This document shows, in pieces, positions 9,499-22,812 of a stretch of 64,000 nt of DNA (positions are counted from its first letter, which is position 1; the number at the start of each line of letters is the position of its first letter). This stretch comes from Squalus acanthias (Eukaryota). A model generated the notes under the pieces. The model was given only the letters and a program-made list of their open reading frames with translations, had not been told where the DNA came from and did no database searches. The position numbers were made by a program, and so were the translations under genes. Location of the stretch: positions 137,952,001 through 138,016,000 of the forward strand of contig CM059432.1 of the NCBI GenBank assembly GCA_030390025.1, read 5' to 3'.

Positions 9499-12400
9499 TT
9501 GAAGGCACTTTATCTAAATACACGTAGCATTCACAACAAGGTAGATGAATTAATGGCACTAATACAAGTAAACGGGTATGATGTAATTGCCATTACAGAG
9601 ACATGGTTGCAGGGTAACCAAAGCTGGGAACTGAATGTTCCAGGGTACTCAACATTTAGGAAGGACAGACAAAAAGGAAAAGGAGGTGGTGTAGCACTGT
9701 TAATAAGCGATGAGATCGGTACGGTAGAGATAAAAGATCTTGGCTCGGCAGATTGTGATGTAGAACTGGAATCAGTTTGGGTGGAGCTAAGAAACAGCAA
9801 AGGGCGGAAAACATCGGTGGGAGTTGTGTATAGGCCACCAAACAGTAGTGGTAATGTAGGGCACAGTATCAATCAAGAAATTAGAAGTGCATGTAACAAG
9901 GGCAATATGGTAATCATGGGGGACTTTAATCTACATATTGACCGGGCAAATCAAATTACCACTAATGGTGTGGAGGACGAATTCTTGGAATGCATGCGAG
10001 AGGGTTTCCTGGATCAGTATGTGGAGGAACCAACCAGGGAACAGGTTATTCTGGATCTGCTACTGTGTAATGAGAAAGGGCTAATCAATAATCTTGTGGT
10101 AAAGGGGCCTTTAGGGACAAGTGACCATAATATGATTGAGTTTTACATTAAGTTTGAGAGTGATGTAGTTCAATCTGAAACTAAGGTCTTCAATCTAAAC
10201 AGAGGAAACTACAAGGGTATGAGGGACAAGTTGGCCATGGTAGATTGGGAGACGACACTAAAAGGTATGAAGGTGGACATACAATGGCTAACATTCAAGG
10301 AAATAATGCATAATTTGCAACAAACATATATTCCTCTAGGGCATAAAAATCCAAAAGGAAAAGTGATCCAACCATGGCTAACAAAATAAATTAGAGCTAG
10401 TATTAAGTCAAAGGAGGAAGCTTATAAAGTTGCCAGAAAAAGCGGTCAGCCTGAGGATTGGGATCTTTTTAGAAATCAGCAAAAGGGGACCAAGAAATTG
10501 ATAAAGAAAGGGAAAATGGAATATGAGCACAAACTAGCAAAAAATATAAAAACGGATTGTGAAAGCTTCTATAGGTATGTGAAAAGGAAAAGACTGGCGA
10601 ATAAGTGTGAGTCCTTTACAGTCAGAGATGGGAGAATTTATAATGGGGAATGAGGAAATGGCGGACAGAAATTAAATAAATACTTTGTTTCTGTCTTCAC
10701 GGAGGAAGACACAAAAAATCTCCCAGAAATACGAGAAAACCAAGGCGAGAATGAGGAACTTAAAGAAATTATTATTAGTAAAAAAACAGTACTAGCAAAA
10801 TTAATGGGACTAAAAGTCGATAAATCCCAAGGACCGGATGACCTAAATCCTAAGGTTTTAAAGAGGTGGCCATTGGGATAGTGGATGCATTGGTTGTCAT
10901 CTTACAAAATTCTATAGATTCTGGAATGGTTCCTGCAGATTGGAGGATAGCAAATGTAACCCCGCTATTTAAGAAAGGAGGGAGAGGGAAAATGGGGAAC
11001 TACAGACCTGTTAGCCTTACATCAGTAGTTGGGAAAATGCTGGAATCTATTATAAAAGATGCAATAACTGGGCACGTAGAAATTAATAGTAAGATTGGGC
11101 AGAGTCAACATGGATTTATGAAAGGGAAATCCTGTTTAACAAACCTATTGGAGTTCTTTGAGGATGTAACTAGTGGAGTAGACAAAGGGGAACCAGTAGA
11201 TGTGGTGTATTTGGATTTTCAGAAGGCCTTCGATAAGGTCCCACACAAGAGGTTGGTGAACAAAATTAGGGCACATGGAATTGGGGGTAATATACTAGCA
11301 TGGATTGAGAATTGGTTAACAGACAGAAAACAAAGAGTAGGGATAAACGAGTCTTTTTCAGGATGGCAGGCTGTGACTAGTGGGGTACCGCAAGGATTGG
11401 TGCTTGGGCCCCAGCTATTCACAATCTATATCAATGATTTGGATGAGGGGACTAAATGTAACATTTCCAAATTTGCTGATGATACAAAGCTAGTTGTCAG
11501 TTGTGAAGAGGATGTGAAGAGGCTTCAAGGGGATTTCGACAGGCTCAGTGAGTGGGTGAGAACATGGCAGATGGAATATAATGTGGATAAATGTGAAGTT
11601 ATCCACTTTGGTAGAAAAAACAGAAAGGCAGAGTATTTCCTAAATGGTGAAAGATTGGGGAATGCAGATGCTCAAAGGGTCCTGGGTGTCCTTGTACATG
11701 AGTCACTGAAAGTGAATGTGCAGGTGCAGCAAGCCATTAGGAAGGCAAATGGTATGCTGGCCTTCATTACAAGAGGATTTGAGTGCAGGAGCAAAGAAGT
11801 CTTACTCCAATTATATAGGGCCTTGGTGAGACCACACCTGGAGTACTGTGTACAATTTTGGTCTCCTTACCTAAGGAAGGATATACTTGCCATAGAGGGA
11901 GTGCAACAAAGGTTCACGAGATTGATTCCTGGGATGGCGGGACTGTCGTATGAGAAGAGATTGAGTAAAGTAGGCCTGTATTCTCTTGAATTCAGAAGAA
12001 TGAGAGGAGATCTCATTGAAGCGTACAAAATTATTACAGGGCTTGATAGGGTGGTGTAGGGGGTGGTGTGGTAGGGTCAGCTTCACCTCTGACTCAGTGA
12101 GCGGTTTCGAATCACTCCCACAACCCTGGTTCTAGACCTTGGACTTATTTGGGGGTCGAGAACAAAGGTGCAGTAGACAACAGGTTTTGATGAAAGAATT
12201 TCGATCTTTATTCAAGAAAGTAAAACACAACACAAACACTCTTAACACTCTAAAGGTGGTGAACACTTTGGTACACGCGAGGGAAATAACATTAGAAGAA
12301 TACTTCACCCCTCCCAATCCCACTTCACTAGCTAGGTTGGACTCTGGAGAACCAGGAATAATGCTCACCAAACGAATCCTTGACAGTTGAGAGTTTAGGG

Positions 12401-13675
12401 TTTAGAGTCTTTTGAGTAAAAGGTTTCGTAAGGCCCTTGTTGCCGCGAGGTGTCCGATGGTCACTGAGGTGGTCGCTCTGGTTTCTTCTTGCGTGTCGGC
12501 CTACTTCTGGAGCTGTTGGCTTTCTTTGTTGAACTGCTTTCTTTTTAAACTGTCTTCTTCCGAGCTGTGGAACTGCCTTCTTGCAGAACTGTGGAAACTG
12601 CCTTCTGCCTGCTTGTTGAACTTGAACTGTTTTACTGGAGAACTGGAGAACTCCCTTCTTACTGAACTGTCTTCTTTAACTGCCCAACTTGCTTCTCCTG
12701 AACTCTGTAATTCCAGCACTGACTTCTGCTGAAAAACAGGCTTTCAAATTGAACTCCAAAACTGCAGAACTGCCTTCTGTTGAACTTGGACTGTTGTTAC
12801 TCCTGAACTGCTTGATGGGCCTTCAATTATACTAAATTGGAGTGGCCTTATCAAAACCAAATCAAATCCCGGTCATTGTAAGACCTCGTTAACAGTAACG
12901 ACTTTACTAGCGTGTTAACTGGTTTTGTAAATGTGTGAAGTGGTTTTCAGGATAGCTCCATCCTGTCGATCTGTTGTTTAATCGGAGTTTGAATTGTCCT
13001 CATGTTTTGGGTTTCTTGACTGGGCCTAGGACTGCGATCGAATATTTGCTTTATGCATGTCTTTAATGGGTTCTGTAATCGGTTTGATGGGACCTGTTGT
13101 TTTGGGTGGGGCTGTCTCCTCCTAGGGTCTATTGTCAAAATGTTAATGCTTGCTGGGGCTTGAGTGAGGTCATCCTGATTCCCCAGACAATGCAATTTAA
13201 CTGAATACCCAAAACTGCTTTTGCAGAGGTCGAACCCAACTTCCTTTACAGCCTTTTCTCCCTTCACAGGCCCAGACATGCTTTTAAAATGGCAAAACTT
13301 GGTTTTTGGTCTTACAGTCTCTTAGGTTAGGCCCAAATGCATTTTTATCACTCTGAGGTAGTTCCAAAGTCCTTTTTCCTTCTTAGGTTTTGGGGATCTG
13401 CAAATTTTGGAAACCTTACAGTGGATGCTGGGAGAATGTTTCCCTTGGCTGGGGAGTCTAGAACCAGGGGCCACAGCCTCAGGATAAAGGGTAGGCCATT
13501 CAGGACTGAGATGAGAAGAAAGTTCTTCACACATAGGGTGGTGAATCTTTGGAATTCTCTACCCCAGAGGGCTGTGGAGGCTCAGTCATTGGGTATATTC
13601 AAAACAGAAGTCGATAGATTTCTGACTAGTAAGGGCATCAAGGGATATGGCGATAGGGCCGGTGAATGGAGTTGA
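9499..13675 (+). pseudogene. CR1 ORF2 (APE + RT), disrupted by a stop at 10387-10389, frameshifts and the LTR insertion
   Basis: YLNTRS, ITETWL, GDFN, SDHN; NYRPVSLTS, QHGF, YLDFQKAFDKV, GVPQG, FADD. The C-terminus resumes at 13421 (VDAGRMFPLAGESRTRGHS). Confidence 0.92.
12055..13420 (-). mobile_element. Solo LTR (Gypsy or ERV type), 1366 bp
   Basis: TGTAGG...CCTTACA termini and a perfect 4-bp TSD GTGG (12051-12054, 13421-13424) in the CR1 frame. Orientation is inferred from a minus-strand TATA-like motif (~12830) and AATAAA (~12210). Confidence 0.85.
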
Positions 13676-14206
13676 GGCAGAAGATCAGCCATGATCTCAT
13701 TGAATGGCGGAGCAGGCTCGAAGGGCCGAATGGCCTACTCCTGCTCCTATTTCTTATGTCCTTATATTCTTAAATTTCTTCACTCAGACGGTTGTGAATC
13801 TTTGGAATTCTCTATTCCGGAGGGCTGTGGCTGCTCAGTCGTTGAGTATATTCAAGACAGAGATCGATAGATTTTTGGACACTAAGGGAATCAAGGGATA
13901 TGGAGATCGGGTGGGAAGTAGAGTTGAGGTAGAAGGTCAGCCATGATCTAATTGCATGCCGGAGCAGGCTCGAGGGGCCATACGGCCTACTCCTACTCCT
14001 ATTTTTTATGTACTTATGTTCTTATGATATGTGGGATTATCAGGGAGTTGGGCCCAGAAAATCCACAGGCAGCAAACCTTGTCATTGGTGCCAAGCTGCC
14101 CCACCTCAGAACTCCAACCCTGACATGCGAACAGGAGTAGGCCATTCGGCCCCTCGAGCCTGTTCCACAAGGGTTGGATGATGTCATGTGATTAGGCATT
14201 CCTACG

Positions 14207-14450
14207 TAGGGTTGCCAACTCTGGTTGGACATATTCCTGGAGGTTTCATCACATGACCTCCCGCCTCCAACTGCCCCGCCCCTCCATCTCCAATAGTTTT
14301 ATAACTAATAAACAAAAGTGTTCAAAGAAAATGAAGACTCAATTTTTCTTAATGCCCCTATGACTTTTCTCCCACGTGTTGCTCGCAGCAGTGTCCTGGA
14401 GATTGATTGTTTAATTCCTGGAGACTCCAGGACAAATGGGGGAGGGTGTC
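14207..14450. mobile_element. hAT-type MITE fragment (TAGGGTTGCCAAC end)
   Basis: Inverse-orientation partial copy of the element at 35360-35736. Confidence 0.7.
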
Positions 14451-14680
14451 CAAGATATTAACCCAGCCTGAAACCTGTGGTGGGCCACTCGACCATCAGT
14501 GGACAGACCAGTATGTCTCATTGCACCAGGTGAACATGTGCCCAACAAACATCTGGTCCCCAAGTAGCCCCAGGATATTGGGCAACTCTGACAATCGAGC
14601 AGGACCTCCTGGGGCTGGGGGTCGATTGAAAATTTCATAACAGAGATTGATAGACTTTTGCTAGGTAAGGGTGTTAAGGC

Positions 14681-14998
14681 GTCATTCGGCTGAGATGGTA
14701 AACTGAGACCCGTCTGCCCTCTAAGGCGGATGTAAAAGATCCCACAGCACTATTTTGAAGAAGAGCAGGGGAGTTCTCCCCGGTGTCCTGGCCAATATTT
14801 ATCCCTCAACTAACATCACTAAAACAGATTATCTGGTCATTATCAACATTGCTGTTTGTGGGGAGCTTGCTGTGCACAAATTGGCTGCCTACATTACAAC
14901 AGTAATTACACTTCAAAAAGTACTTAATTGGCTGTAAAGCACTTTGGGACATCTTGCGGTCGTGAAAGGCGCTATAGAAATTCAAGTCTTTCTTTTTT
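14681..14998 (+). mobile_element. SacSINE1-like Deu-domain SINE, 5'-truncated, inside a CR1 3' fragment (14600-14680 and 15000-15097)
   Basis: GAAGAAGAGCAGGGGAGTTCTCCCCGGTGTCCTGGCCAATATTTATCCCTCAAC core and L2-like tail. The flanks rejoin as GGTGTTAAG(G)/GGATATGG. Confidence 0.8.
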
Positions 14999-15606
14999 TA
15001 AGGGATATGGAACTAAGGCAGGTAAATGGAGTTGAGATAAAGATCAGCCATGATCTAATTGGATGGCGGAACAGGCTTGAGGGGCTGAATGGCCTACGTA
15101 GATTAACCAAAATATACTACAGAAGAAGACTGGATGTATTTCTTAATAGATGAGTTATATATTGCAGATGAATCAGATTTCTATGCTTGTGGGTATAATA
15201 GTGCTGTAACCAAATTGGCCAAGCAAACTTAACCACTACAGGAAGTGACATGAATGATTTATGCAATCTACATAAGCAAAGCTGTCTCAATTCAAGGGAA
15301 CAGCACATAGCGCAAATGTAACTGTGATCACAAACAAGTATCAGTTTTTCTAAATAAAGCTGTTGACTATAAACAAATTCGAAGCACTGCAGAGGGGTGG
15401 GTGCAGAGCTAAAAAGGTCGCATGGCTGGATTAAGGAGGTACGATTATAAAAAAAAAGGAACATTTTGTATTACTAAGTAGGAACAATTGAGAATTACAA
15501 AAGTAAGAGTTCAACGTGAGTGAAGCCCAGTATTGACGGTCAGTCAAATGTTCTCCTTCTCCTTAGTGGAGAAGCACCTGACCTCGGTTCTGAGGTGGGC
15601 AAGTCA

Positions 15607-15925
15607 GAGGACCTTCTCATGGGTCTGCTCCTGGACCTGGCCAAGGCGATCACCTAGAGGTCCAGGATGGACGCAGCCTGGAGGGCGGGGCAGGGGGCGG
15701 TGAGCTGGGGGAAAGGTAGGGGGGAGGTCTTTCTGGCTGCCTGCTTCTTTTCCGTGCCCGGGTGGTCATGGAGAGAGACCATGTGGTGCCTACCAGTACA
15801 CTTGTGGTCTTCTCCAACTGGTGGGCACCATGAGGACTGGACTGTGTAGCAGACACCAGGAATAATATTATAATTTAGTTTTAGAAAGTTTCCCTTTATT
15901 TTGTTCAAAGTTATTAAAGAATGAA
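15607..15925 (+). mobile_element. L1/Tx1-type LINE 3' fragment, degenerate
   Basis: Translates across frameshifts to EDLLMGLLLDLAK...CLLLFR...MERDHVVPTSTLVVFSNWWAP*GLDCV...NNIII*, resembling Tx1 ORF2 C-termini, with an AT-rich tail. Family assigned from memory. Confidence 0.55.
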
Positions 15926-16163
15926 AGACCTCTGGTTCATCCATCCATACTATAGCAAATCAGTAATTCAGCAAGAGTGGGGCGGGGTGGTGGTGAGTGA
16001 TCAAGCATCATTTATGTGGCGCAATAAATTATTGCTGCAATGTGTTGTGGATCCTGTGCTTTTTTTTTTACATTTGCTTGGTATTGTATAAGTAATCACA
16101 TTTGTTGTAGACATGAAAAGCTTGCATGGAATGCTGGGCATGTAGAAAAGCACAGCATATTAC

Positions 16164-16838
16164 AGTGCAGCAATCAGTTAGGAAGGCAAATGATATGTTG
16201 GCCTTAATTGCAAGAGGATTTGAGTACAGTAGCAAGGCATGTCTTGCTACAGTTATACAGGGCCTTGGTGAGACCACACCTGGAGTACTGTGTGCAGTTT
16301 TGGTCTCCTTACCTAAGAAAGGATATACTTGCCACAGAGGGAGTGCAGCGAAGGTTCACCAGACTGATTCCTGGGATGGCAGGACTGTCGTATGAGGAGA
16401 GATTGGGTCGACTAGGCCTGTATTCACTACAGTTTAGAAGAATGAGAGGGGATCTCATTGAAATGTATAAAATTCTGACAGGGCTAGACAGGCTGGATGG
16501 AGGGAAGATGTTTCCCCTGGCTGGGGGGTCTAGAACGAGGGGTCACAGTCTCAGGATACGGGGTAGGACATTTAGGACTGAAATGAGGAGAAATTTCTTC
16601 ATTCAGAGGGTGGTGAACCTGTGGAATTCTCTACCACAGAAGGCTGTGGAGGCCAAGTCACTGAACATATTTAAGAAGGAGATAGATAGATTTCTGGACA
16701 CAAAAGGCATCAAGGGGTATGGGGAGAGAGCGGGAATATGGCATTGAAATAGAGGATCAGCCATGATCATATTGAATGGCGGAGCAGGCTCGAAGGGCCG
16801 AATGGCCTACTCCTGCTCCTATTTTTCTCTGTTTCTAT
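16164..16838 (+). mobile_element. CR1/HER1 3' fragment
   Basis: ORF 16208..16747 LYRALVRPHLEYCVQFWSP...RTRGHS...KGYG plus the 3' UTR. Confidence 0.92.
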
Positions 16839-17158
16839 ATTACAGTTTAAAACACAATTAAAAAAATCCTGAAGGCTATCAGTCTGCAGTAATCATAGAA
16901 CTTGTGGAGTAAGTACCATTGGCATTATCACAGTCACATGACAAGTCAACGGGCATCAATGGCAAAGGCAGCACTGCCTGTTGAAATTCTGTTTACATTG
17001 TTATTACAGGGGACATTCATCAATGATCCTGTCCAGCATTGTGTCTTCATTTGGGGTTATCAGTAAAATGGTCTTTTAAAGTATTTGGTATCTATTCCCT
17101 GTTCAGTGATGTGAATTAGAAATAATTTCTCTGGATATATCACGGGATATTAAACAAT

Positions 17159-17884
17159 GGCCCTGATCTTGCTGGAGTTAGATTTTTTCCCTCACCCTTC
17201 AGCTCGAAATATTTTTGCACTGTTAACTTGCTGGAAGTACGAGCTGATAATGGCACGGCAAGGGCAACAGGGCATCTGGGACCTTAGTGGACGACGGGAC
17301 CAACAGTCTATCTCCTTAACCAATGAGATTTAAGGATTGTGAAAGAAACAGATGAACGGCTGAGAATGAAATAGGGTGAATGAGAGTCAAATCAGGAACA
17401 GAAAGAGAAATAAAGAGAGGGAGAGAAAGATTGGATTGAGAGAGAAAAAAGAGACAGAAAGGAAAAGTAAATTAAATTTAAAATGTTAAAACCTCTAGGA
17501 ACAATTTATTACCTGTAGGAACGACACTTTGCAGTTGCAATTGTTCCCTTTCTGGGCTGGAGAGATTGTTTGGCATTGCAGGAATATAAATCTCATCATT
17601 GAAAAGGTGCCTACACCATTAAGTACCAGCCCTAACTTTCAGCAGCGAGTTTAATTGGTAATGAATGTGCAAATGCAGCAATTTCCTGAAACTCACGGGG
17701 AGGTTGAGGGTGAGCTGCCGTTTTCGCAGGGCTAACGGGGGAGCAGCGCAAATCGTCCAGCAATGTGTGGCGATTCGCCACTCATGGGGTATCCCTTCTA
17801 CACCGCAAGTTTCGGGACAAGTTACACATTAGTAACAGCGAGCGCCATTAAACTCACCGTGATTTTGGCAGCAAATTCTGGGCC
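17159..17884. mobile_element. Harbinger-type MITE, 726 bp
   Basis: TIRs GGCCCTGATCTTGCTG and (reverse complement) GGCCCAGAATTTGCTG (13/16), with AAT on both flanks. Confidence 0.7.
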
Positions 17885-17956
17885 AATATGGCATCTTTGG
17901 ATACATTAACAATGCAAGCTCAGCGTCAGTGTGTAGTGAATGACTCTTACATTTTC

Positions 17957-18130
17957 TGTAGCACCTTTCACGACCTCAGGACGTCCCAAAGCGCTTTACA
18001 GACAATGAAGTACTTTTGAAGTGTAATCACTGTTGCAATGTAGGAAACACGGCAGCCAATTTGCGCACAGCAAGCTCCCACAAACGGCAAAGTGATAATG
18101 GCCAGATAATCTGTTTTAGTGATGTTAACT
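17957..18130 (-). mobile_element. SacSINE1-like SINE 3' fragment
   Basis: Reverse complement of the SINE tail seen in the full copies. Confidence 0.8.
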
Positions 18131-18956
18131 TCACTAAAATGGCAGATGATTTGGAACTTCACTAAAATGGCAGATGGGTGGTGATGAGACCGATGTAGAA
18201 TGCAAATGGAAAGTTTTTAAGAACAAGATAAAAAATGTAGAAAACAAATATGTACCCAAAGTCAAAAGAAGGAAGTGTGGTAATAAAAAAAACAAGGTGG
18301 CTGACTGGCTATGTACAAAGACAAATAAGATGTAAACAGAAATGTTTGTATAAATTAAAGGCATTTAATATTCAACTAAAGAGAGTTGAGTATAAGAAAC
18401 AACTAAGGAAAATGAAGGCTTCTATTAGATCAGCAAAAAGGCTAATGGAAAAAAGGAGCGTAGACAACTGTGGAAGTAATGGGAAAAACGTTTTAATTTA
18501 TGTGAAAAGTCAGAGAACTGTCAAAGACTGTGTAGGGCCATTGAAAGATGGTCAAGGACAGGTTACAAAGGACTCACTTTGTACGTATTAAATGAGTACT
18601 TTGCATCAGTCTTCACCCTTGAAGATGATGCTCGACGATTTGAATTTAATAATGTTACTAACTAAACTAGTAACATTAATATAGATTCGCCAGAATCTTT
18701 ACCTGAGTGTCGGAGCGGGTGCCAACCCGAACTATTCAACAGCACGTTCTGCGCAGAGCGTTGAACTCAATGGCATCCATTGAAAGAGTCGTGCGGGTTT
18801 CCCGGCTCAATTAAATGGAGCGGGTCTGATGACTCGTTTTCAGCGCGGATATTTAAACTGGCCTCGCACACATCTCAGTTAAAGGTTGTTGTAGGAGAGA
18901 TCAAGGTGTTTGGGAGAGCTACAAATTGCTGCATAATATTGAGATGTCCATGGGTC

Positions 18957-20812
18957 ATGGAGACACACAGACAGAAGGCTGCGTCAAGATTCCCTGATGC
19001 CGCCCTGGAAGTGCTGGTCCAGGGAGTCAGAGCACGCAGGAAGGTCCTCTTCCCTGCGGATGGCCGCAAAGAGACATTAAGAGGGCATGGCTAGAGATCG
19101 CGGAGGAGGTCAGCAGCAGGAATGTCGTGAGGCGGTGTGGATCCAGTGCCGCAAAAGATTCATTGATCTCATGAGGTGAGGAAAGGTGAGTGCAATGCTA
19201 CACTCACCTACATCCTGATGTGCCTGCCACCCCAACCCCATCACTTTGCCTTCCCAAGCCGACTCCTGCACATCACTCCTCACACCAACCTACCTTGCAG
19301 GTGCACCCATCCCTCTCCGTCTATGCACCGACTCACATCCCCATCTGACTAACCACCCGACACTCACCCTCATCCTAATGCAATCATAGCAAGTAACACC
19401 ACAGAATGAGGCCATTTGGCAATGTCACGCCACTCCCTCATAGTCACCCTCTACAGATGTAACCCATCCGTTCCTTACACTCATTCCATCCCTCTCACTC
19501 AAACTTCTCTTCTTTCCCTCCTTGCAGGAGAAGAGAGCCCAGAACAACAGGGAGAGGCAGAGAACCGGCGGAGGCCCGCCAATATTCACCAATTTGACTT
19601 CAGCAGAGGAGGAGGCCCTAGAGATATCTCGAGTTGCAGAGCTGCTGGCGGTGGGAGACAGAGAGAGGGGGACCTCCCAGCAACCTGGTGACAGAATCAC
19701 ATCTCATACAGCCACAGGGCATACAGCAGTCACTCATATGGTGACTGATGTCAGCAGCCAGTGAAATGTCATCATGTGTATAATGGTAATGTTACCCATT
19801 CTTATTATAACACTTCTAATTCATCTCTTTACTCTCCCACAGGTCCATCAAGTGCCCCCTCAACTGTCCAGCCAGAGGAGGAAGACGACTCCTCAGAGGA
19901 AGCTCCAGCCTCTGAGGGTCCACCTTCAGCAGACCCAAGCGCAGCCAGCACCAGCGCAGATACCCCCACCTCGGTGGGTCCTGTGCGAGATAGAGTAGTG
20001 TTGTCACCTGGTGTCTCACACACCACAAGTGAGCAAGAGCAGATGGTGTTGACAGGGACAGCAGGTGGAGACTCCTCGCCGGAGGGCGCAGGACGCTCCC
20101 AGCTCTGATGAGCTGCATGCAGATGCTGAGACTCGGGGGCCATTGAGAAAGAGGTTGATCTTGGAGGAGCAGCAACAAATGCACGAGGCTCTGGCAGCTT
20201 TTCCAGCTGCGATGTGTGCGACTGTACAGAGAATGGAGGAGTCCATCTCCAACATGAGCACCACCATGTCGCAGGCAATGGCGACGATGTGCTGTTCCAT
20301 GGAAAGGATGGCCACCTGCATGGAGCAGCAAATGCGCCAGTTCAACGAGAATATGCTTGCTGTGAACAACAGATTGCAGACTCTCATTGACCTCAACTCA
20401 AGGAGGGATACCAACATAGACTTGGGCCTTCATCGCCCCACTGCTGTGCAGCAATGTGCTCTCCAGCTCCTTGCTAGCAGGGAAGTGCGGGTGGCCCATG
20501 AGAGGGATGATGGTGAGGGGGACATGGAAGTGGGGGCTCTTCTCAAAGCGCTCCAACTTCTCCCCCGTTGCCTCCCCCTCAGTCAGAGCCCCACATGCTG
20601 CCTCGTATCCTGATGGCCGAGTCTGCCCCTGCACAGTCGCAGGAGGAGCAGCCTTTGGCGGGGCCATCACAGGCTCCAAACCCAGAGGACATCTGCCATA
20701 AGTGTCTAACCAGTCGCAGCAGGGAAGTGAGCAGCCTGCCTCTACCTCTGCTGAAGCCACAGGGGTTGCACCTCGTAGAAGCACACATAAACAAAAAAAG
20801 ACACAATCCTAG
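18957..20812 (+). pseudogene. Harbinger Myb/SANT (trihelix-type) DNA-binding protein, 3 exons (18957-19185, 19528-19687, 19843-~20812), frameshifted
   Basis: METHRQKAASRFPDAALEVLV..RKVLFP..AWLEIAEEV..WIQCRKRFIDL; GT-AG introns; exon 2 EKRAQNNRERQRTGGGPP; acidic/Ser-rich then coiled-coil exon 3 ending APRRSTHKQKR. Confidence 0.8.
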
Positions 20813-21096
20813 ATGCACAAGGGTATACACATGGGTGTATGAACAAATGTTAATGTTAAGTTTCAGTTATATATATGACGCACATAAATTTATTTCTTTG
20901 CACTACTTTCCTGTCTTGTCTATTTTTGCCTGCTACCCTGGAAGTGGCCTTGTCACTTGGAGTGAACGGTGAGACATTACTTAACCTCGAGCAATGGGGG
21001 TTTGGGTGAGAGGAATGGCTTGGTCTGCTTTGTGGTGTTGTTGCAGGGAGGAATTTGGTATGGCATCTGAGAACCATATGGGGGCACTGGTGCAAG

Positions 21097-22305
21097 TTAA
21101 GTAAATCTGGCCATTATGAGGCCGTCCTGGGCCTCCCTGGCAGCAATGTGCGCCGCTGCTGGTGCCATCTCCACCTCAGGTTCCTCCTCCTCCTCCTCGT
21201 CTTCCACCTATTCCTCCTCCTCCTTCTCCTCCTCCTCTGAAGAGGCTGTGCGCTCTGCGCCTTGCTCCTCCTGCAGCTTAATCCTCGCTGCTGCGCTCTG
21301 TTGTGCAGCGCGCAGCAAACGACGATGATTCTGGAGACCCTGGCTGGTGCGTACTGAAGGGCTCCTCCAGATCTGTCAAGGCCGATTGCTTGCTCTATGA
21401 CACATCTGGTGGACATGTGGCTCTCATTATAACGCTCCTAGACCTCAGTACTTGGCCTCCTCAAGGGTGTCATGAGCCACGTCTGCAGTGGATAGCCCTT
21501 GTCTCCAAGCAGCCAGCTGGTAAGTGTGTTTGGCGGTACGAAGAGCTGAGGGAGTGTGGACTGGCGCAGCACGAAAGAGTCATGACAGCTGCCAGGGAAG
21601 CTGGCGCACACATGCATGATGATCTTTTTATGGTTGCAGACGAGCTGCACATAGAGGGAGTGGAAGCCCTTGCGGTTCACAAACACTCCTGGGTGATGAG
21701 GGGGTGCCTTGATGGCCACATGTGTGCAGTCGATGACGCCCTGCACCTGTGGGAAGCCAGCCAGAGCCGCAAAGCCACGAGCCCGTACAGTAACACTGGC
21801 TTCATCAGTGGCAAAGTTGACATCATTGGCTGACTTGTCAAACATGGCATCGGTCACCTGGGTGATGCCTCTGTGGGCGGCCGACTGTGAGATCCTGCAA
21901 ACGTCTGCTGCAGATCCCTGGAAGGAGCCTGAGGTGAAGAAGTTGAGGCTGGTGGTGACTTTGACAGTTACTGGTAAGGCGTGTCCACCAGGTCCTCTGG
22001 GCTGCAGGACTTGTTCCAGCAAGCTACAAATGTCTGCGACGACCTGGCACGATAGACTGAGCCTCCTGAAGCACTGCTGCTCGGTCATGACCAGGAAGCT
22101 CATCAGCTGCCTGTACACCCTCCAGCACGGTGCAGCCCTGTGCTGATCCTCTCTCTCCTGTGGAGCATCATGTCGTTGAGGAGAAGGCTGCTGTTGTGCT
22201 GCTGGTGTTGTGCTGCTGCTGCTGGTGTGGCTGGTGTTGTTGGTGCTGGGGCTCATCTTGGTCCAATTCTGAGGTCCAAGGTGAGACAGCATAAGCAGCA
22301 CCCAT
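21097..22305 (-). pseudogene. Harbinger (HARBI1-family) DDE transposase with an in-frame stop at 21438-21440 and indels
   Basis: [82 protein letters not shown], acidic tail, ending AAREAQDGLIMARFT*. Confidence 0.92.
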
Positions 22306-22812
22306 GCTGATGTAATAGAAGGCAGGTAAAGTGGAGATCAGAGGCCCAATCCTCCAATGTACTGATAGTGACTAACAATGTGGTGAGAGTGGCTTCCGAG
22401 GTTGCAGAAATGACCTGCAAACTGCTGACAGCTAAATCTGTGCACAACCTGGAGTCAGCAAGAGCCTTTCCCTCAGGCAAGCAATCAGGTGTAATGCGGG
22501 AGTATTTATGTGTTTTTTTCCAGCTGTCACTTAATGAACTCGCACAATGGCCACTGAGCTTCCGCCTCCCCTTCACAGGCGAGGTTCCCGAGGTGCGTGA
22601 ATCCCGTGCGCAACAAGTTAAAGCCAAAACCTGAAGTTAAAAAGGCAGTTATGGGTCTGTAAACGAGCAGTTAAGTACCTCAATGAGGTCGCCCGCCTCT
22701 CCTGAGCGGGTCCGTGACGTGCCTCGAAATGCGCCTTGGTTAAATGCGGAATTCGCCGGGGTGCCAACACGCTGTCAATTTCAGCGCTTTTAACCCCCAA
22801 ACCCGTCTGCTC

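Larger units (their letters stand above)
7729..13772 (+). mobile_element. Full-length CR1/HER1-type LINE, interrupted by a solo LTR
   Basis: 5' UTR, ORF1, ORF2 (APE-RT), 3' UTR stem and TTCTTATG-type tail, all in order. Confidence 0.92.
7608..14026 (+). mobile_element. Short CR1 3' fragment split by a nested insertion (pieces 7608-7731 and 13772-14026)
   Basis: Joining ...GAGATGAGGAG (7731) to AAATTTCTTCACTCAG (13772) restores the CR1 segment EMRRNFFTQ. Confidence 0.8.

Noticed and set aside
21180..21240. (TCC)n microsatellite / poly-Arg ORF
   Set aside because: It is the poly-Glu acidic tail of the transposase read in another frame.
21097..22305. Domesticated host HARBI1 gene
   Set aside because: It has an internal stop and indels and lies between TIRs with a TSD inside a LINE, so it is a transposon copy.
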